This document shows positions 12,630 through 26,666 of a stretch of 64,000 bases of DNA, piece by piece. The translations under genes were made by a program, and so were the position numbers. The notes under the pieces were generated by a model. That model had not been told where the DNA came from. It was given only the letters and a program-made list of their open reading frames with translations, and did not search any database. The stretch's first letter is position 1. The number at the start of each line of letters is the position of its first letter. Origin of the DNA: Phoronis australis. Taxonomy: Eukaryota > Animalia > Phoronida. The DNA is taken from positions 372,001-436,000 of the forward strand of contig NMRA01000037.1 in NCBI GenBank assembly GCA_002633005.1, written 5' to 3'.

Positions 12630-13879
12630 TTAATTATAAGACAGACCTTATTTTAGATGTTAAGGAAAGGAAAGTGCATTTGGATATATTTGATGTATTT
12701 CCGTATAGACCTACTTGGTTACGAAAATAACGTTTTAGAACACGATGTGAAACGTTGAAGTAACTGTAACTAAAGTGGGTGGCCGTATTGTTACCCACGT
12801 TTTATAGTAGAAGAACAAATTTTAAATAAAGCTTGCCTATCCTGTCAAAACAATACGATATCCCAAAGGGCAAGGGCACAGTATGTTAGCACGTGCTTGC
12901 ACAAACGTCACACCAAATTTCCGGTTAAATGAGATTTCTCAACATCGAAGAAAATGTTAGGTTATCTACATCACGCACCGCACCTGAAGTTGCGGCGACA
13001 AAGGATCTTGAGAACATTTCCTTATTTTCATTTCACACTGTTTTGTATAAGCTTTTGTGTAAGCTTTGCATGGTATTAGCAAGTTTACAGGGGCTGGGCA
13101 TATAATGCACTTAGTTATTGAACCTGAAATAGTGAGGCCCTGGGGATGTTGTTCTTTGGCTTATTTCCTTGTTACCTTCCTCAAGACGTCAGATCACCTC
13201 ATTCGATAGCACAAAAGACCCTTTCGATCAAAAAACTATATTTAGATGCAACAATACGAATTCAAGCTGTTCTTGTTTTGATTGATAAAGAAAGCCCGAT
13301 TTATTAACTCCGTGGATACCGTTGCAAAAGACTAGCATAGTTTTTCGCCAACAAAGTTGCGTAGTTATCCTGTTGAAAAGAGATTTATAGTGGCGGGGTG
13401 TGTGATTAGGGATACAAACGGCATCTCTTCGTCCAAGACACTTTTTTATTTGGTTTGACCTCTCACTAGATCTATCCATAAAGCTGCATGTCGTCCTGTT
13501 TAGGTTGCTAAAACGAGCTATTTCACTTTAAAGAATCGGTCTCATATTCCTTACCTTGAAAGAATTCCATTTCCGTTACTAACCCAAGTCACAAGTAATG
13601 CTTTTCGAATTTGCAATTTTAGGGTTGGTCAACGCTTTCTTGAGTACTTGATGGTTTTGAAGTTTTTTTTTGGTAACGGAAATAGATTTCTCAGTATTCG
13701 ACTTTCGTTTTCAGTCAACTAAGCAGGGAGAAATGCAGTGTTAGATAGAGCACACTTGAACTGCAGTCAACCACATTACATGGAAGCTCTATAATTTTCA
13801 GTGACGTGAAAATTTCCCATAATTCATCTTCACACAGACGACATGCAGAGGATTTGCATGGAGACACGTTCATACTTAC

Positions 13880-13984
13880 TGTATGTCGACTCGATCACTT
13901 TCTGTAACGTGGTGTACAATATGTCTCCAGCATTCGGCGCCCTTTCTTTAAAATCGTCTTTCGACAATAACATGAGAGCTTTAC
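13880..13984 (-). CDS. ETV6: ETV6/7-like coding exon 3: C-terminal half of PNT/SAM domain
   Basis: GKALMLLSKDDFKERAPNAGDILYTTLQKVI compared with ETV6 [30 protein letters not shown]; cctttag| acceptor, A|gtaagt donor. Confidence 0.95.
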
Positions 13985-14879
13985 CTAAAGGTAGTAAATT
14001 GATCCTATTGAAAAACACGCGTGCATTAACTTGATGATAACTGACGTCATACAGTTGTGTAAAAATTCATTTAAATCTCTGATGATTAATTTGTGTTGCT
14101 AGGTTTTCCTTTTACTTTTGAAAATCTTTCTCGTGATCAACAGTGTGATATTTTACTAAATTTTGCGAATAAAAACAAAAACATAAACAAAACAAATTCT
14201 TTATGTTGGAAGTACAGCGTCAATTTATTTCTTGTTCAAACACTAGATGGCGGTTTATTTGACATTTTCATCAATCGAAATCCAACAAATACAAAATGAT
14301 TTTCGTCTAAAATATAAATATTTCCAAACAGTATAAAATATTTTCTCGACTATGTGACAGGCATGGGTCAACCCAGTTGTAGGTCAGAATATTTTAGCTA
14401 TAAACTTGTTTTTTTAAACAAAATTCATATTATTGTATATGGAACTGTTGATCCTATTATAAAAACAGAGGTAATATATCTCGTGAGAAACTACGAATAA
14501 CGTAAAGGACATACAAAAAAATGATAACCCAACAATTGTTCATTGTGAGGAAAAATAAATGCTAGGGTAGTTTTCAACTGTAAAAGGTCAACGGGTTAAC
14601 CTCATTACTGTCAATGGTATAGTTGTAAATGTAGAAACCATGGCAACAGTAATTTAAAGTTTTCTGAATAGATATTTAAAAAAAATTGGAAAGTCAAGAA
14701 TAATTTTCCATATTTCCGTCCGGCGTATCGCGTAATCAGCGGAAGAATTTGTATCCTATGTCATTTGTATTTATTTTATATACTACGCGTGTAAGCGGGG
14801 TAAATTGGGCAACGAAAGATACAGGTAAGTGAAAGCACGTGACGTCACGTGCTGATCGCTTGCAAAACATCGCACTAAC

Positions 14880-14993
14880 CATTCATGCCGAACCTTTCCA
14901 GGGGTATGTCTCCAAGCGAGTACTCTTGTATACACCAATCGATCCATTTGTATACTTCGTCTTTTGTCCACAGCATAGGGTGTGACCGACTCA
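14880..14993 (-). CDS. ETV6: ETV6/7-like coding exon 2: N-terminal half of PNT/SAM domain
   Basis: SRSHPMLWTKDEVYKWIDWCIQEYSLGDIPLERFGMN(G) fits the PNT pattern P..W...DV..W..W...E..L......F.MNG; atttcag| and G|gttagt. This frame is not in the ORF track. Confidence 0.95.
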
Positions 14994-16144
14994 CTGAAAT
15001 CACAATGAGCTTAGCTAACCGATGTCTCAAACAGAAGCTATGAAAGTACTCAACAGTTACACATAGTAAAATCTCGTGTTCAAAAACAACTCTGAGTGAA
15101 CTTGTATCAGGCGTTTCCCTGTCTACAAATGAGGTGGGTGTCGTCCTTAACGATTGTGCAATAAAACAAGGAGCGCCTTCAGGTTTAGTTCAGACATAGG
15201 TTAAACAAATCTCGTAAATTATTAACCAAAATAACAAAACCATTTTTACATTACAGCGCAATTTGTTTTCTCATAGCACCGGATTTCTGTCCAAAACTTA
15301 GTAATAGTCAAACGTGAAAAAACGGGCGTTGACAATATGAAAATCGTTTGTCTATAAACTAAGTCTCGTGATTTATTGAACCACGACTGTAATGATTCCT
15401 TGTCACCTCATTTGAACTTTTTCTAAGCCTTTGAAAAGTTTTTCATTCTCGGTTGACTTGACAGATTTTTTACAGTTCACTGTAAGCCATGGTACCAGAG
15501 CCGTTGTGGTTATAGATAAAACAGAAAACTTATTTATTCATAAAAATATAAAGAAAACAATGTCTTTTGCCTTATCTTTAGTACTGCGTTGAAAAGAGCA
15601 CTGTGAACAGATATTTTACAGCTCAAATTGCGAAGAAAACTGTCCGTACGGTTGAGCAACCACTGAAGCCCGAGAGTATAGAGCAAAGGAAAAGAGACGA
15701 AGTGGTGACTACTATTAAGATATGCACAGGGCTTATGACTTAGGATGTTTGACAAGAATATCTTCTTTGAAAGTGTCTCTTGTGAGTCAGACAGTAATAA
15801 AGTGACCACAAGGACAACCACAAAACCACCCAGTCACTACGCCAGCCGACCACAGAGAGAAAAACCCGTGGTCAGAAATTCGTTTCTCAGTAATGGCAAT
15901 TATATATATTTACTCTCAATTTTGGTTTGAAATTTCGCTATGACATTCGCGTGTTTTTTCAAATCGCAGTAAATGTTTTATTCATCATATGTGGACCTCT
16001 TGTACTACGTGCAATTGCAGCTGACGATATGAAAGCAAGCGTGCATTTTCATCTAAAAACTGTAAAATATTTCAAGAGGAAATGAAACGGACTAACAGCG
16101 TTGTTGGTGGTTATTAAACTTCCCATACGGTGCAGTTTACTCAC

Positions 16145-16214
16145 TGTTGTATCCACCAATGGGAAATAGCACGGGCGGGCTTTTAACAGGCCATGTGTGC
16201 GCCGGCAAGTCCAT
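16145..16214 (-). CDS. ETV6: ETV6/7-like first coding exon (exon spans 16291-16145 including 5' UTR)
   Basis: ATG at 16214 with an in-frame TGA upstream; MDLPAHTWPVKSPPVLFPIGGYN; donor A|gtgagt in phase with exon 2; acceptor ttctag| at 16292. Confidence 0.75.
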
Positions 16215-19200
16215 ACTCTTCTTCAGTCGGCGGACGTCTATTCAGATTACAAAACACTGCCTTCCTCTTATTGCTCAACCATACAATTCACCTAGAATAA
16301 AACAAGGTGCATGATCAACACACCACTCCTTATACGCTTGCCCTTTACAAAGTCATGATGTATTAAATATATTTTAAGAATAAGAATTTGAATTAGCCAC
16401 ACACCCGCCTGGGTCACGCTATTTTTGTCATGTGCCCTAGCTTTATTGTCAAGTAAATCAGTTACAAATAAAGTACAAGTTTAAATAACTCGTTTATCTT
16501 CCGTCAACTCTACTGGTTCGTTTGTCGCAAAAATAGTGGCATATCATTTATCCTTCGGGTACGGGCATGTTATTCAGCTCCCTGAATCCACATAAAGAGC
16601 ATTGGTCTACAGCCGTATGACAATCACAATTGTAACGTTGACAATGACAATCATAGAAATAAAACACAATCATAGCTATAACAACTAGCTCCGACAACAG
16701 CGCCAGAGATGATAATGGATTTTATTGTTTAGACGATCACGGTTTTCAAGATCATCGCGTTTCGGGCAGACGAGACAAATTTAGTACTTCGCAGCGACTG
16801 TCTTTTGGCTACTTACCTGTCACGCGTATACGAGTTAACAAGTGCGAACTATAGCTTATACATCGGAAAAGTTTGCACGTCGTTATATAGCTTATGTAGG
16901 CTTACGATATAATTTGATCATAATTGCCAGAGTTTGTTAAAAAAAACTTCCTGAAAATGAGTACGAACCTTTAACGCGTTGCCGTGGTTACTTCCGTAGA
17001 ATGGCATAACACTAATAGAGATACCTATTGAAAGATACCCTAGCGTTTGTTAGAGATCAGGTGATCGTCGAAAACTTGCATCAGGTCTGATACTTCCAGA
17101 AACAATTTTCCAAACTTAATCCGCACAGCTTGCAAGGACATCCTCAAGCTGCCAAACACTACTAGCAGGCAAAATGGCGAACTAGTTCTCACAACAGCCG
17201 GAACCGCAACAGCAAACGTAAAAAGCTTGACACACCCGTCGGATAATGACACAATCAAAAACTAATGAAGTTAATGGATTCATTTAATGAGCAATCCAAA
17301 AAAGCTCATACCAATTTTTCGGTTTCGCTTAAAATTAATCAGAACAAGCAAAAATAACAGCCTGCTCTGCAATCCCTGTGGATTATGAAGTTCGGCAAAG
17401 AAATGTAAACTTACTGGATATAATCGAAGCAACTATCAAGCCGTAACTACGTAACGACCTCCGTGCGATAGTTTCAAATAGCAAAGCGTTACAAAAGAAA
17501 AACGGAACTTTCTTTGTATAACGTTCAGCTGTTTTGAAATGCTTTCCGAGAATTATAAAAGGTTTTGACATTTTGTCATTTCTAGGGTCACTTATAAACG
17601 TATTTCCTCAATGCGCCTACGAACGTTGCCAACGAATACCAAAATATTTGCAATCAGATTTCCGTATAACAAGGAAGACGATATGAAGCGCTATTGCAGA
17701 TAACAGATGATAACTTTGGAACGTTGTTTGCCCGTTTTTCTAATGACCAGTTGCCGCAAAGCGGGCACACACAATCTAAGAAATTCTTATCGGTGTTTTT
17801 AAAATAGGGTTGTGATACAGATCTACAATGTTGATTCAGCTCAAACAACAGGAAATATACAGAATTTTGCCACACTGATTTCCACCACAGTATTATCAAT
17901 TTATAAACTATTTTCTATTAATTACGAGTCCACTTGATCCATTCCGTGTCGTCGCTCAAGTCAGTTAATGCTGCATATTTTAAAAGAAGGTACCAGTATG
18001 ATCATTTATATAATCTGAGTATGAACACGTGGAAACTAGCGTTGTAATAGTGAAGTAGTCTAAAATCAATTGAGTTCCTTTACCGGAAGGTGATGAATGG
18101 CATAATCAAAATGCGTACACTTTATGCGCTGGCATAATTAAAATGCATATACTTTATGCACCGGTATCAGGGATGCAAGACGGGAAGGGATGGGGTATAT
18201 CTCAACAATTTGCAGTGCAGACGTGTTTGAGCATCTGAAACGAACTTTCCGATGTCTCGTATCTTATGTGCTTACAATGTCTCGTGTCACGGCTGGTGCT
18301 GTTGGCGAGGAATCACAGATAAAATTCATGTACAAGCATTCCAGCCGTGTCGTCCAATAGGTCGTTTTTGCAGATCCAGATGGCAACATATTCGGTTCAC
18401 AAGGAGCAAACCGTTGGCGATGTATGGATGGAGGCCTGTATCACGTTGCATCAATCAATGATTTTTCTAACAGGTGGCGCAACAAAGCGAAAACCAACTT
18501 CTTCGCCAAAAGAAAGTTTGTATACTAGCAGCTCCTAACTCATTCAACATTCTCTCTATAGCAGGCGTTACGGATGTCGGTCACAGATGCTTCAAATAGC
18601 AGGACTGCATTGTTACGGGCCGCTCAATAATTTATATTATTTCCGTAAAGAAAAATCAATAATTGAAAGCCGGTAATGCATCTCAAGAACGGCCTTGGTA
18701 TAATTTCCGGTGACTGCAAGTAAAACGTAGCAGGATTTTTGTTTTCACAACAGTATGACGCACTTCTAGGCCTTCACTCTAAGCAGGCACGATCTGCATA
18801 GCACGAGCGAGTCCTTACTGGAATTAATCCCTTGGAAAAACGTGCAGGAAAGCGTGCCGTTCCATTCAAACTGACGTGTCTGTTTAATTTTGAAAAAGTG
18901 CTAACGCAATGGCCAGTTCCCGTATATTCGTAATGTTTCCCATGTTGCAAATTTTTTTAGGTCTTAGTCTACAAGCAAGTACGTGTAGGATAGCAAGATA
19001 ACTTTATTTTGATGAAAAACATTCTGGATCATGTGATTCCCGAGAGTTTTTAGACCGACAATAATCTTTTACTGCGAGAATCAATCGGTGGATGAGCCAG
19101 TTTGAATCTGAGGCGGGAGCACGTGATCCAGACCACCTCTTGCAGTTTTAGTACGACAGCTTTCTCGACCGAGTAAAGGCATTACATTCCAATATGCAAA

Positions 19201-22200
19201 GACGACAATGACGGGAAAATGATACAAAAACAGAGAATGAACCTAGTGAGGACAGAGAATTAACGACTTGTAGGGCAAATCCTCTGGTAGAGACTTGGCA
19301 AAAGGAGTCGCAAATATCACCTTATATCAATGCTGTTCAAGATCTTCAAACACAGGGTTTTTAATAAAATAGATCACTTTGTAGGATGATTAAAAACCAT
19401 AAGTTTATTTTCTACGATTTGTAGCAAACATAATCCCAAAATATTGCTATTATGGAAGGGAAAAGTAAAACAAAGTCTGCTAGTTACAGCTCTAGCGACG
19501 CGTTGTTATCAGAACTTTTCTAAATTTAAAATAAACTCACAAAGGTCGCTATACATTATTAAAACAACAGGGATGCAGAGTTAACGATCGCGCTTCGGTG
19601 CGTCATTCCGTCAAGGACGGGTCATGCGTGATCCTTTCCCAAAGTGCCTCGTTAAGTAAAACTAGCTCAAAACACTTCAGTCACAGTATGGTCAATTGTT
19701 CATCTTCGTGAGCTGTCTCATAAAACCTGTATAGTCGAACTGCTGATAAGAAAAGCCTGAATAAGAACAACTTTTGATTCAGGTCATTTGCCGATATAAA
19801 ACTGTCTCGTCCTGTTTCTTCCTCAAGAAGAACTGACCGTTCTTTAGAGGTCATCAGGTTCGTGAATTTTGCTTGTCTAGGCGGGACAATTTCAGACACA
19901 GATACAATATAGCCCAATGGGGTATCTAGTATGTCGTAAAAGGGGGAGTGGGGATGCAAACTACAAATTTCGAAAGAAAATATCTTCGTAAATCATAAAA
20001 ACGGCATGCTGATCGCGTTTTTGTGTTTTTCGTACGAATCCGTAGGGGGCGCTGTCAGAAGAACTAAGGCATTTTGTAGCAAACAGTTCAATTTATTCAA
20101 GCAAATGACACATGACCATGCTGCTTTGGACGAGCAAATTTGCCTGTGACGAGAGCCACTTCTATCACATGATTTATAGGGCCAAAGTATCCGATATGTC
20201 CGATTTTAGGCTGAGACTTGTGAAGTCATTATTCAAAAAATGAACTTCTAATATTCTCAGCTGAAGTTACAAGTGTATCATGCGTTTCGACTCGTAGGTT
20301 CCGGGCTTTACAATACCAAGCTAGTATTACCATTGTAGAAAACATTTCTGTCAAATCACCAATCGCAAGTAGGTAGATAAGCTCTTATTAAAAAATTGCT
20401 CACCTGTTACTAAAACAAACCTATTTATGAAATAGTACTTTGGTAGCCTCGTTTAAATACCGCAAAAGCGTTGCACTTCGGCTTCTCAGGTCGATATCAT
20501 GATTCACGAAAACTGAAAGCGCGTTACTGTATTTTCTCGCGAATGGTTTCTTAGAAATTAGGTAATGTTTTTAAATAAAACAGTCATATCGAAAGACACT
20601 CAAAAAAATAAATCACTTGCGAAGACCTCTGGTAAGCACGGATACGAGAGTTGAACTCGGAACAGGAAGGTACATAACAACACCTTTTTCTCCCAATGGT
20701 TTAAACAGACAGGGATCTCCGCACCTATCTTTTGAGGTCACGTCAATTTTGTTCACACGATACTTACACTACGCCCTCGAGAGCAAAGTCTCACCCGACT
20801 AGTTACACATTGTCACCATTTTAAAGCGGCTGCAGTGCGCGCGCGATTTTGTCTTGGCAGGAAACAATCCTCAGAGTAAACGCGCGCTCCGCGGAAACGC
20901 GATGCCCTCCCTCTCCAGTTTCTTTGTGTAACCAGAACCACAAGCATCCCCATCTGCGGATTATTGTCCACGAAATCTAAAACCGACCTAGTCATATTTC
21001 AAAATTATTTTTCGTCTTCTACAACTGATGTCGGTCCCCACAAACACGCGAAAAGTCGCACATTTTGTTTCCAACCTGTAAAATCCTTAGGCGCATAATT
21101 TTCTCATCGAAACATGAATGTCCACCTCTATAATGCAAATTCATATGTAAAAACGACTTTGATTTACACAAACATGCCATGCTGTGCATAACTGTTTGGG
21201 GAAAGTGTATTTTAAAAAGTATAGTTTATGAGCATGTTTTTAAAGAAAAAACAAAAGGGAATGAAACGACGGAAAACAATCTACGCAATGCAGCAGTTAG
21301 ATTGCCGCGTCTTTAAACTGAGACATCTACTACACCAGCTTCCATCTACTTCTATGGTTTTGGAATAGGCCATTAGTTTCATTTATTTTCTAAACATAAA
21401 ATGGAGTAATTTCCGTGCTGCAAACACTAATCTTTAGATTCCAATCATTAGAAGTTAATTTTATTGGCGTTGCTTTTTCGCAAAAGTACACCTGGGCGTG
21501 AGTTGATCCCTGGTCAACTGAGCTTCTCATGCAAGAATGACTAGAAGCACGCTCATTCTATATTGGTCATTTTTATACGATGTTATTGCGTGCATCAATA
21601 GGCAAAAGCTCGTGCGACCGAGTTCTAGCGCAAACCAAATTAATCTTTAGAACAAATTAAACTATAGAGGAGATCTCGTTAAACTTTGAGGTTCTGTGGA
21701 TAGTTACTGGTGTATTATCAATTGTGTCTATCGCATCTCTCATTCATTTAATTCAAAACACGGTTTAAATTTTCGAGTTTGTAAACTTCAAAACACCATA
21801 AAGCCTTTGTTAACTCTCTGGTTACTAGAGCTAATACTTCTCCGTTGTGCTCGAACTGAAATCACACTTGTTTTCAAGATTAGAAATGCGTAAGCTTGGA
21901 ACTTTACTTGGTAACTCATTCATTCAACCAACCGTTTCAGTGAAGCAGCGGTTTATAAGCTTTCAAACGTGAAAAAGTCGATTGGCCCTGTCGCTTTCAA
22001 CGCAAAAACGGCCTCTTGCTTATCTTGCGATAGCGTGAACGAACTCCGGAGTTCCTTGTTTATTCCGATATTCCAAATTCAAACACAACATCTAAACCAA
22101 CCGAGCAAATGAGGCAATCTCTGAACATGACCTACTTGATTTGACACTATACATATAAATTTGTCGCATTAGCGAGTGCGTTCGACAAAACTTGCAGCCA

Positions 22201-23185
22201 AATGATCTGTGGGTTCTCGCTTGAGTGACAAACAAGGGATTACCAACAACGAGTGTCGGAGCTGTGTGAAAACATATCGTCAGGAAAATGTTCAATCGTT
22301 CATCTGGAATCATGGGTTAAAAAGTGTGCTTCCTAGATACACTGAGTGATGTCCCATCAGCCAATCAAAAGTGTCCAAGACCGATTGTTTTATATAACTT
22401 TCACCGACTGATCATTTAAAAAAGTTTGAAGGGAAGTCAGTGGCAAACGGCCACAATGGGATAAGAAGTTTAATCTTTGGTGCATACTGCTTGGTGGTTT
22501 TTATCATACCGGCTCACTCACGAAAATATCTTGGGCCGTAAAATTCCGTTAGAAATTAAAGAGTGGTCGGATTTGGCAGAAATTTCATTACACAGGCTTG
22601 TATTATTAAATGCAGAAATGCACACGATAACGTCAAACGGAAATTGACGAACACTGTACCCAACGAGCTCGAGTAAAAGGTGAAAAGCGCGATTGCAAGT
22701 CTCGTTCCAGCCTCCAGCAAGCAGTCGGCTTCGTGCAAACCGAATATTCAGTCAAGTTACTGACTGTATTGATTTCCTTATTTGGAAAGTCACGTGAGTT
22801 GACTATCCTGCTGTAGGTATCGCTTCTTTCCTGTGCATTTACAGCCAACTAACACTAGAGCAGTACATGTGGACAATGAGATTATAAATGCGTTACCGTT
22901 ACCCAAAGGACATAACATGAAATCAAAAGTAAAATCAAAGTATTGTGATGATGAGACCAATCTGCTTCCTTGCTGGGAGGCCCAGCCTTCGTTGCTAAGT
23001 TACTCGAAGTCATTCACCAATCATGAGCCAGACAAAATCTATCAATCAAGTGGGGACGACTCTGTCTTAAATGCCACATTTTAAAGCGTCTTTTAAACGT
23101 ATGCTTTCTTTCAAAGAAAGAAAAAGCTTTACTCACTTACAGTTGTAAAATTGACCTCGTTTTAATTGTTCCTCACTCACGAGGT

Positions 23186-23391
23186 GGGAGGGAAGGTCGG
23201 GTGACGTGGCCAAAAAGGTCCGCCTCAGAGAAACAAAAAGTCCGAGAAAAGGCGCAAAAGCACAATTCACAGCTCTGAACGTGGTACCCCGTTTTTTAGT
23301 CCTCCGGCTTTTTTGTTTGTAAAAGGTCCACATTGTTAGGAATTCGAGCCCCCCCCCGCACCCATATTAAAGGCTGCCGGGTGCGCGCATG
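23186..23391 (+). mobile_element. MITE family A, 5'-truncated copy
   Basis: Shares caaaaa..gtccgcc.cagagaaac...aaaaggtccac...gggtgcgcgcatg with the other family A copies. Confidence 0.75.
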
Positions 23392-25080
23392 TTTTGGGCA
23401 TTAAAACAACCGATAGTTCTCTAGTCGCAATTTCTTCCCACTAAGCTCATAAAATTACTTCACGCCGTGAACTGAAATGTTCATGAGCTCGATCTGTGAG
23501 TTCATTCTAACCCTAGAATCACACTTATTTGTTCCAAGGAATAATTTGAGACCAATTTCATAACCGTAAATGGCCTAAATCAAAACTTATATTTTGACCG
23601 AAAGTTCAGGTTTAATGCCGATTTAAGCTTGAACTGGAATGTAGATTTTTGAGTTACCTAGCGAGCAATGACCAGCAATTTCCTACCCCTTTCTAGGAAA
23701 AGGCGCCCGTGAAAGACCAGTTTGGCGAGATGCCTTAAACCTGAATGTGACCTCTCTTAGAAAACTCCAAGCAGGATGCAACTGATACCGGAATGTTGGT
23801 AGGTGGGAGTCGGCGTTGAACACGATCGAAGTATACTCATACAGTGACTGTGCTAAAAATAATATTTTAATTTCAAAATATCTTACGATTCACAATGGAA
23901 ACGTTACGACGCCAGAATCACGCTTACAAGTGAAACAAACGCAGTGCACGTACACAGACGTTTCCAGATGTTATCCAAATCCCTACAGTGATTCCTAATT
24001 TGATATCATAATAGTCCAGTGCTTTGTTCGAAAACAACCAAAACAAGGAATCAAATCTCACCGTTTTCCGTGTCGATTGTCACGACCAATGTCAGAAGCT
24101 GTGTGTTCTCTTCACAAAATAATGTTCATGTGGTGATTCGGGTCAGCTTATCAAACGCAGGAAACAGTTCGCGTTGTTTATCTGTCTTCCCGGAAAAGAC
24201 GCGGAAGTCAAGTTAGCGAGGGCGTCCTTCGTGCTTATTAACGTCATATAGCACCACAGAGTTATGAGGTCACTGATTCTTGTCACAGTACAGCTACTCG
24301 TTCGACAACCTCCTTACACCAAGGTGATATTGATTTCCGTTGGCTTTCATGTTCGGTTATTTTTATGGGACGCATTTGATTTTTACCAGTTAGAGAATTG
24401 AAAAAAAAATGCAATTTAAATACAAACATGATGCATAATTGTCCAAGATTAAGCCATATCGTCATGTTAAAATCCGTTTCGATATTTTGCTAACAGATGT
24501 CTCACCTCCCTAGCTTCCAATACCGACGGCGGGTACAAACGAATGTCGTCATTCACAGGCAATTTTGCACCGTTGCTAAGGAAATAGCAGAAATAGATTT
24601 AACAACGATCTTCTCATTACTATATGCTATTAGAGTAATTTGCAAAGTTATTTTTGTGATGCTCGAAACGTCACATTTTGAACTATTACGCACGTTTAAC
24701 TGTGGCTTAGTAAAGAAAATGAATGTAATGGATTCAGTGACGACAAATTGTCGTTTTTTTAATTATACCCAAGAGCACCTGTAACATAAGCGAAAGTGCT
24801 TTAAAAACAAAAACAAGAAAATTTTAAAACTAAGTTTATAACTAAACCTCGTTTGTCTACCTCAACCGACCGTGCAAGGCACATAAAATGAAGAGACAAC
24901 ACATTACCACGTAATGCACAGACTGAGACACCAGCGGTGCAGTGATTCGAGTAGTAATGGAATAATGTTTTGATAAATCAGGCGCGTTGTGAAACGGACA
25001 AATAATGAATGAATTTCGAAATTTTTGTGCCTGGATTTCGTTATTTCTCATGACTGATTCAAATTACAGGCAGTCTCCGG

Positions 25081-25249
25081 CAAGGGGCGGATCTAGGATT
25101 TTGTGTTAAGGGGGAGGCCAGGGCAGAGTATTAGCCAGGATTTTGCCCGTCTGATATTCGCATCCCGAACTGCCAAATAGAATATGGGTGAATTTTAGGG
25201 GGAGGGCGATGGCCCCCTTGGCTCCCCCCACCCCTTAAACCCGCCACTG
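25081..25249 (+). mobile_element. MITE family B copy
   Basis: aggggcggatctagg...aaacccgccactg termini; at least 4 copies in the window. Confidence 0.8.
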
Positions 25250-25933
25250 GTCTCATTTTCATACCCTGAAAGTTAGGTTAAAATCAGGATTACTTGGAAA
25301 CCATACTCGGGTTGATCGCAGTGTCCCAACCCGACAGCTAGAGATCGGTTTAACTAGGCTACGGGTGATAACGAGAATCGCTCGTATCTGACAAATAATT
25401 TTGTCTGTGTGAGTGGTCTTAGTAACCACACTGAGACAAAAATCCCGCTGGGAACTTCACACAGTAAACGGGTCAATTGCAGTTTTCTGGATCATATTTT
25501 GTCTGTCGTGTGGCGATATTGCTGTGATTAATTTCTCGATGCAATTTTCCTGTAATTCCTGGAAAGATTGTGATTACATGCACCTATAACATCATATTGA
25601 TGACCACTTTTAAGATTGGACGATATAAAAACAGGAAATATAATCAGATTGATCTGTTCAAGTCAAACTGAAACTTTTCCAAGTGTGTGAGAAAGCTTTT
25701 TACACTATATAAGTCAGTAGACAATTCCACATTTCAAAAGGTTCTTATTAATCAACCGAAGATAAATACTTCCATTTTTTGATGCAACACTGAAACTGCA
25801 AACCCCCTAAGATCAAAAATAAGCTGAATGATTAAATAAATTGCCAATATAAACTGAAATTGCAAGTTATCGGAATGGAGAATAAAGCGTAATAGCAAAC
25901 ACGACATGGGCGTTTCTTGGCTACTGGATATGA

Positions 25934-26408
25934 GCCAGGGAGGTACTCGACTATATTTTTGAAGGAGTGCAGATGGAAAATTAGGATAAACCCATTTAGA
26001 GAGTGGACTAAAAAGGACACAGTTGCAAGGAGCATCCATGAAAAAGTCACCCTTTTGTAGGGCTTCATTCCACAAGCACGAAATAAATTATATGCACATT
26101 CCCTTTCCCAAGGCATTCTTGGGCAACTGGCTATTTAACCAACGAATCTGTTACAGTACAAATAGAGATGATATAGCGAACAAAAATAGAGACGAAACTA
26201 TCGATTGGAAATTTGTGTAGTTGGAAAAGAAACTTTTGTCAAAGTTTTGAACTCGAAAAATCGAACCCGAAATTAATATTTGAAAATGCACCCTTTCGTG
26301 GGACATTTTGCGGCCAGAAGAGGAACTCTTTATTATAGGGGAACAGGTCATCACTCTTAGCGACATGTCCTGCATATCCTTGTATCATGGGAGTGCCGTC
26401 CCGCCGGG
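25934..26408 (+). mobile_element. Non-autonomous DNA element with CC(C/A)GGG..tactc / gagt..ccggg ends (animal EnSpm/CACTA-like); related copy at about 52645-53040
   Basis: Blocks tatatttttgaa..gtgcag.tgg.aaattaggata and aaa.gtcaccct.t.g.aggg are shared with 52645-53040. Superfamily is inferred from the termini only. Confidence 0.55.
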
Positions 26409-26488
26409 ATATGAGTGCTTGCATTTACATGCAAGATGACATTAAGTCACATCCACTGATATAAACACACGCAAATGCAAGTGCAGCT

Positions 26489-26666
26489 AATTGACCTAAC
26501 GCAAGCTCCGCCCCTTGCGAAAAGTCGACAAACAGACAATGAGTTTTACCCGACAACGTGTTGTTTGTCGGGTAAAGTGGCGGCTTGAAAACGAAGGTGT
26601 CTCAAGAATGCTGCGTTCTAATTAGTCAGTTAAGCCGTCACTCAAAATCCTGGCGCTAGGTCAATT
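26489..26666 (+). mobile_element. MITE family D (aattgaccta.cgc termini), copy 1
   Basis: TIR aattgacctaacgc / gcgctaggtcaatt; internal hairpin tttacccgacaa..ttgtcgggtaaa; second copy at 34661-34832. Confidence 0.8.

Noticed and set aside
16021-16045. Hammerhead-like ctgacga...gaaa
   Set aside because: Only 3 nt between the core motifs, no stem II and no convincing stems I or III.
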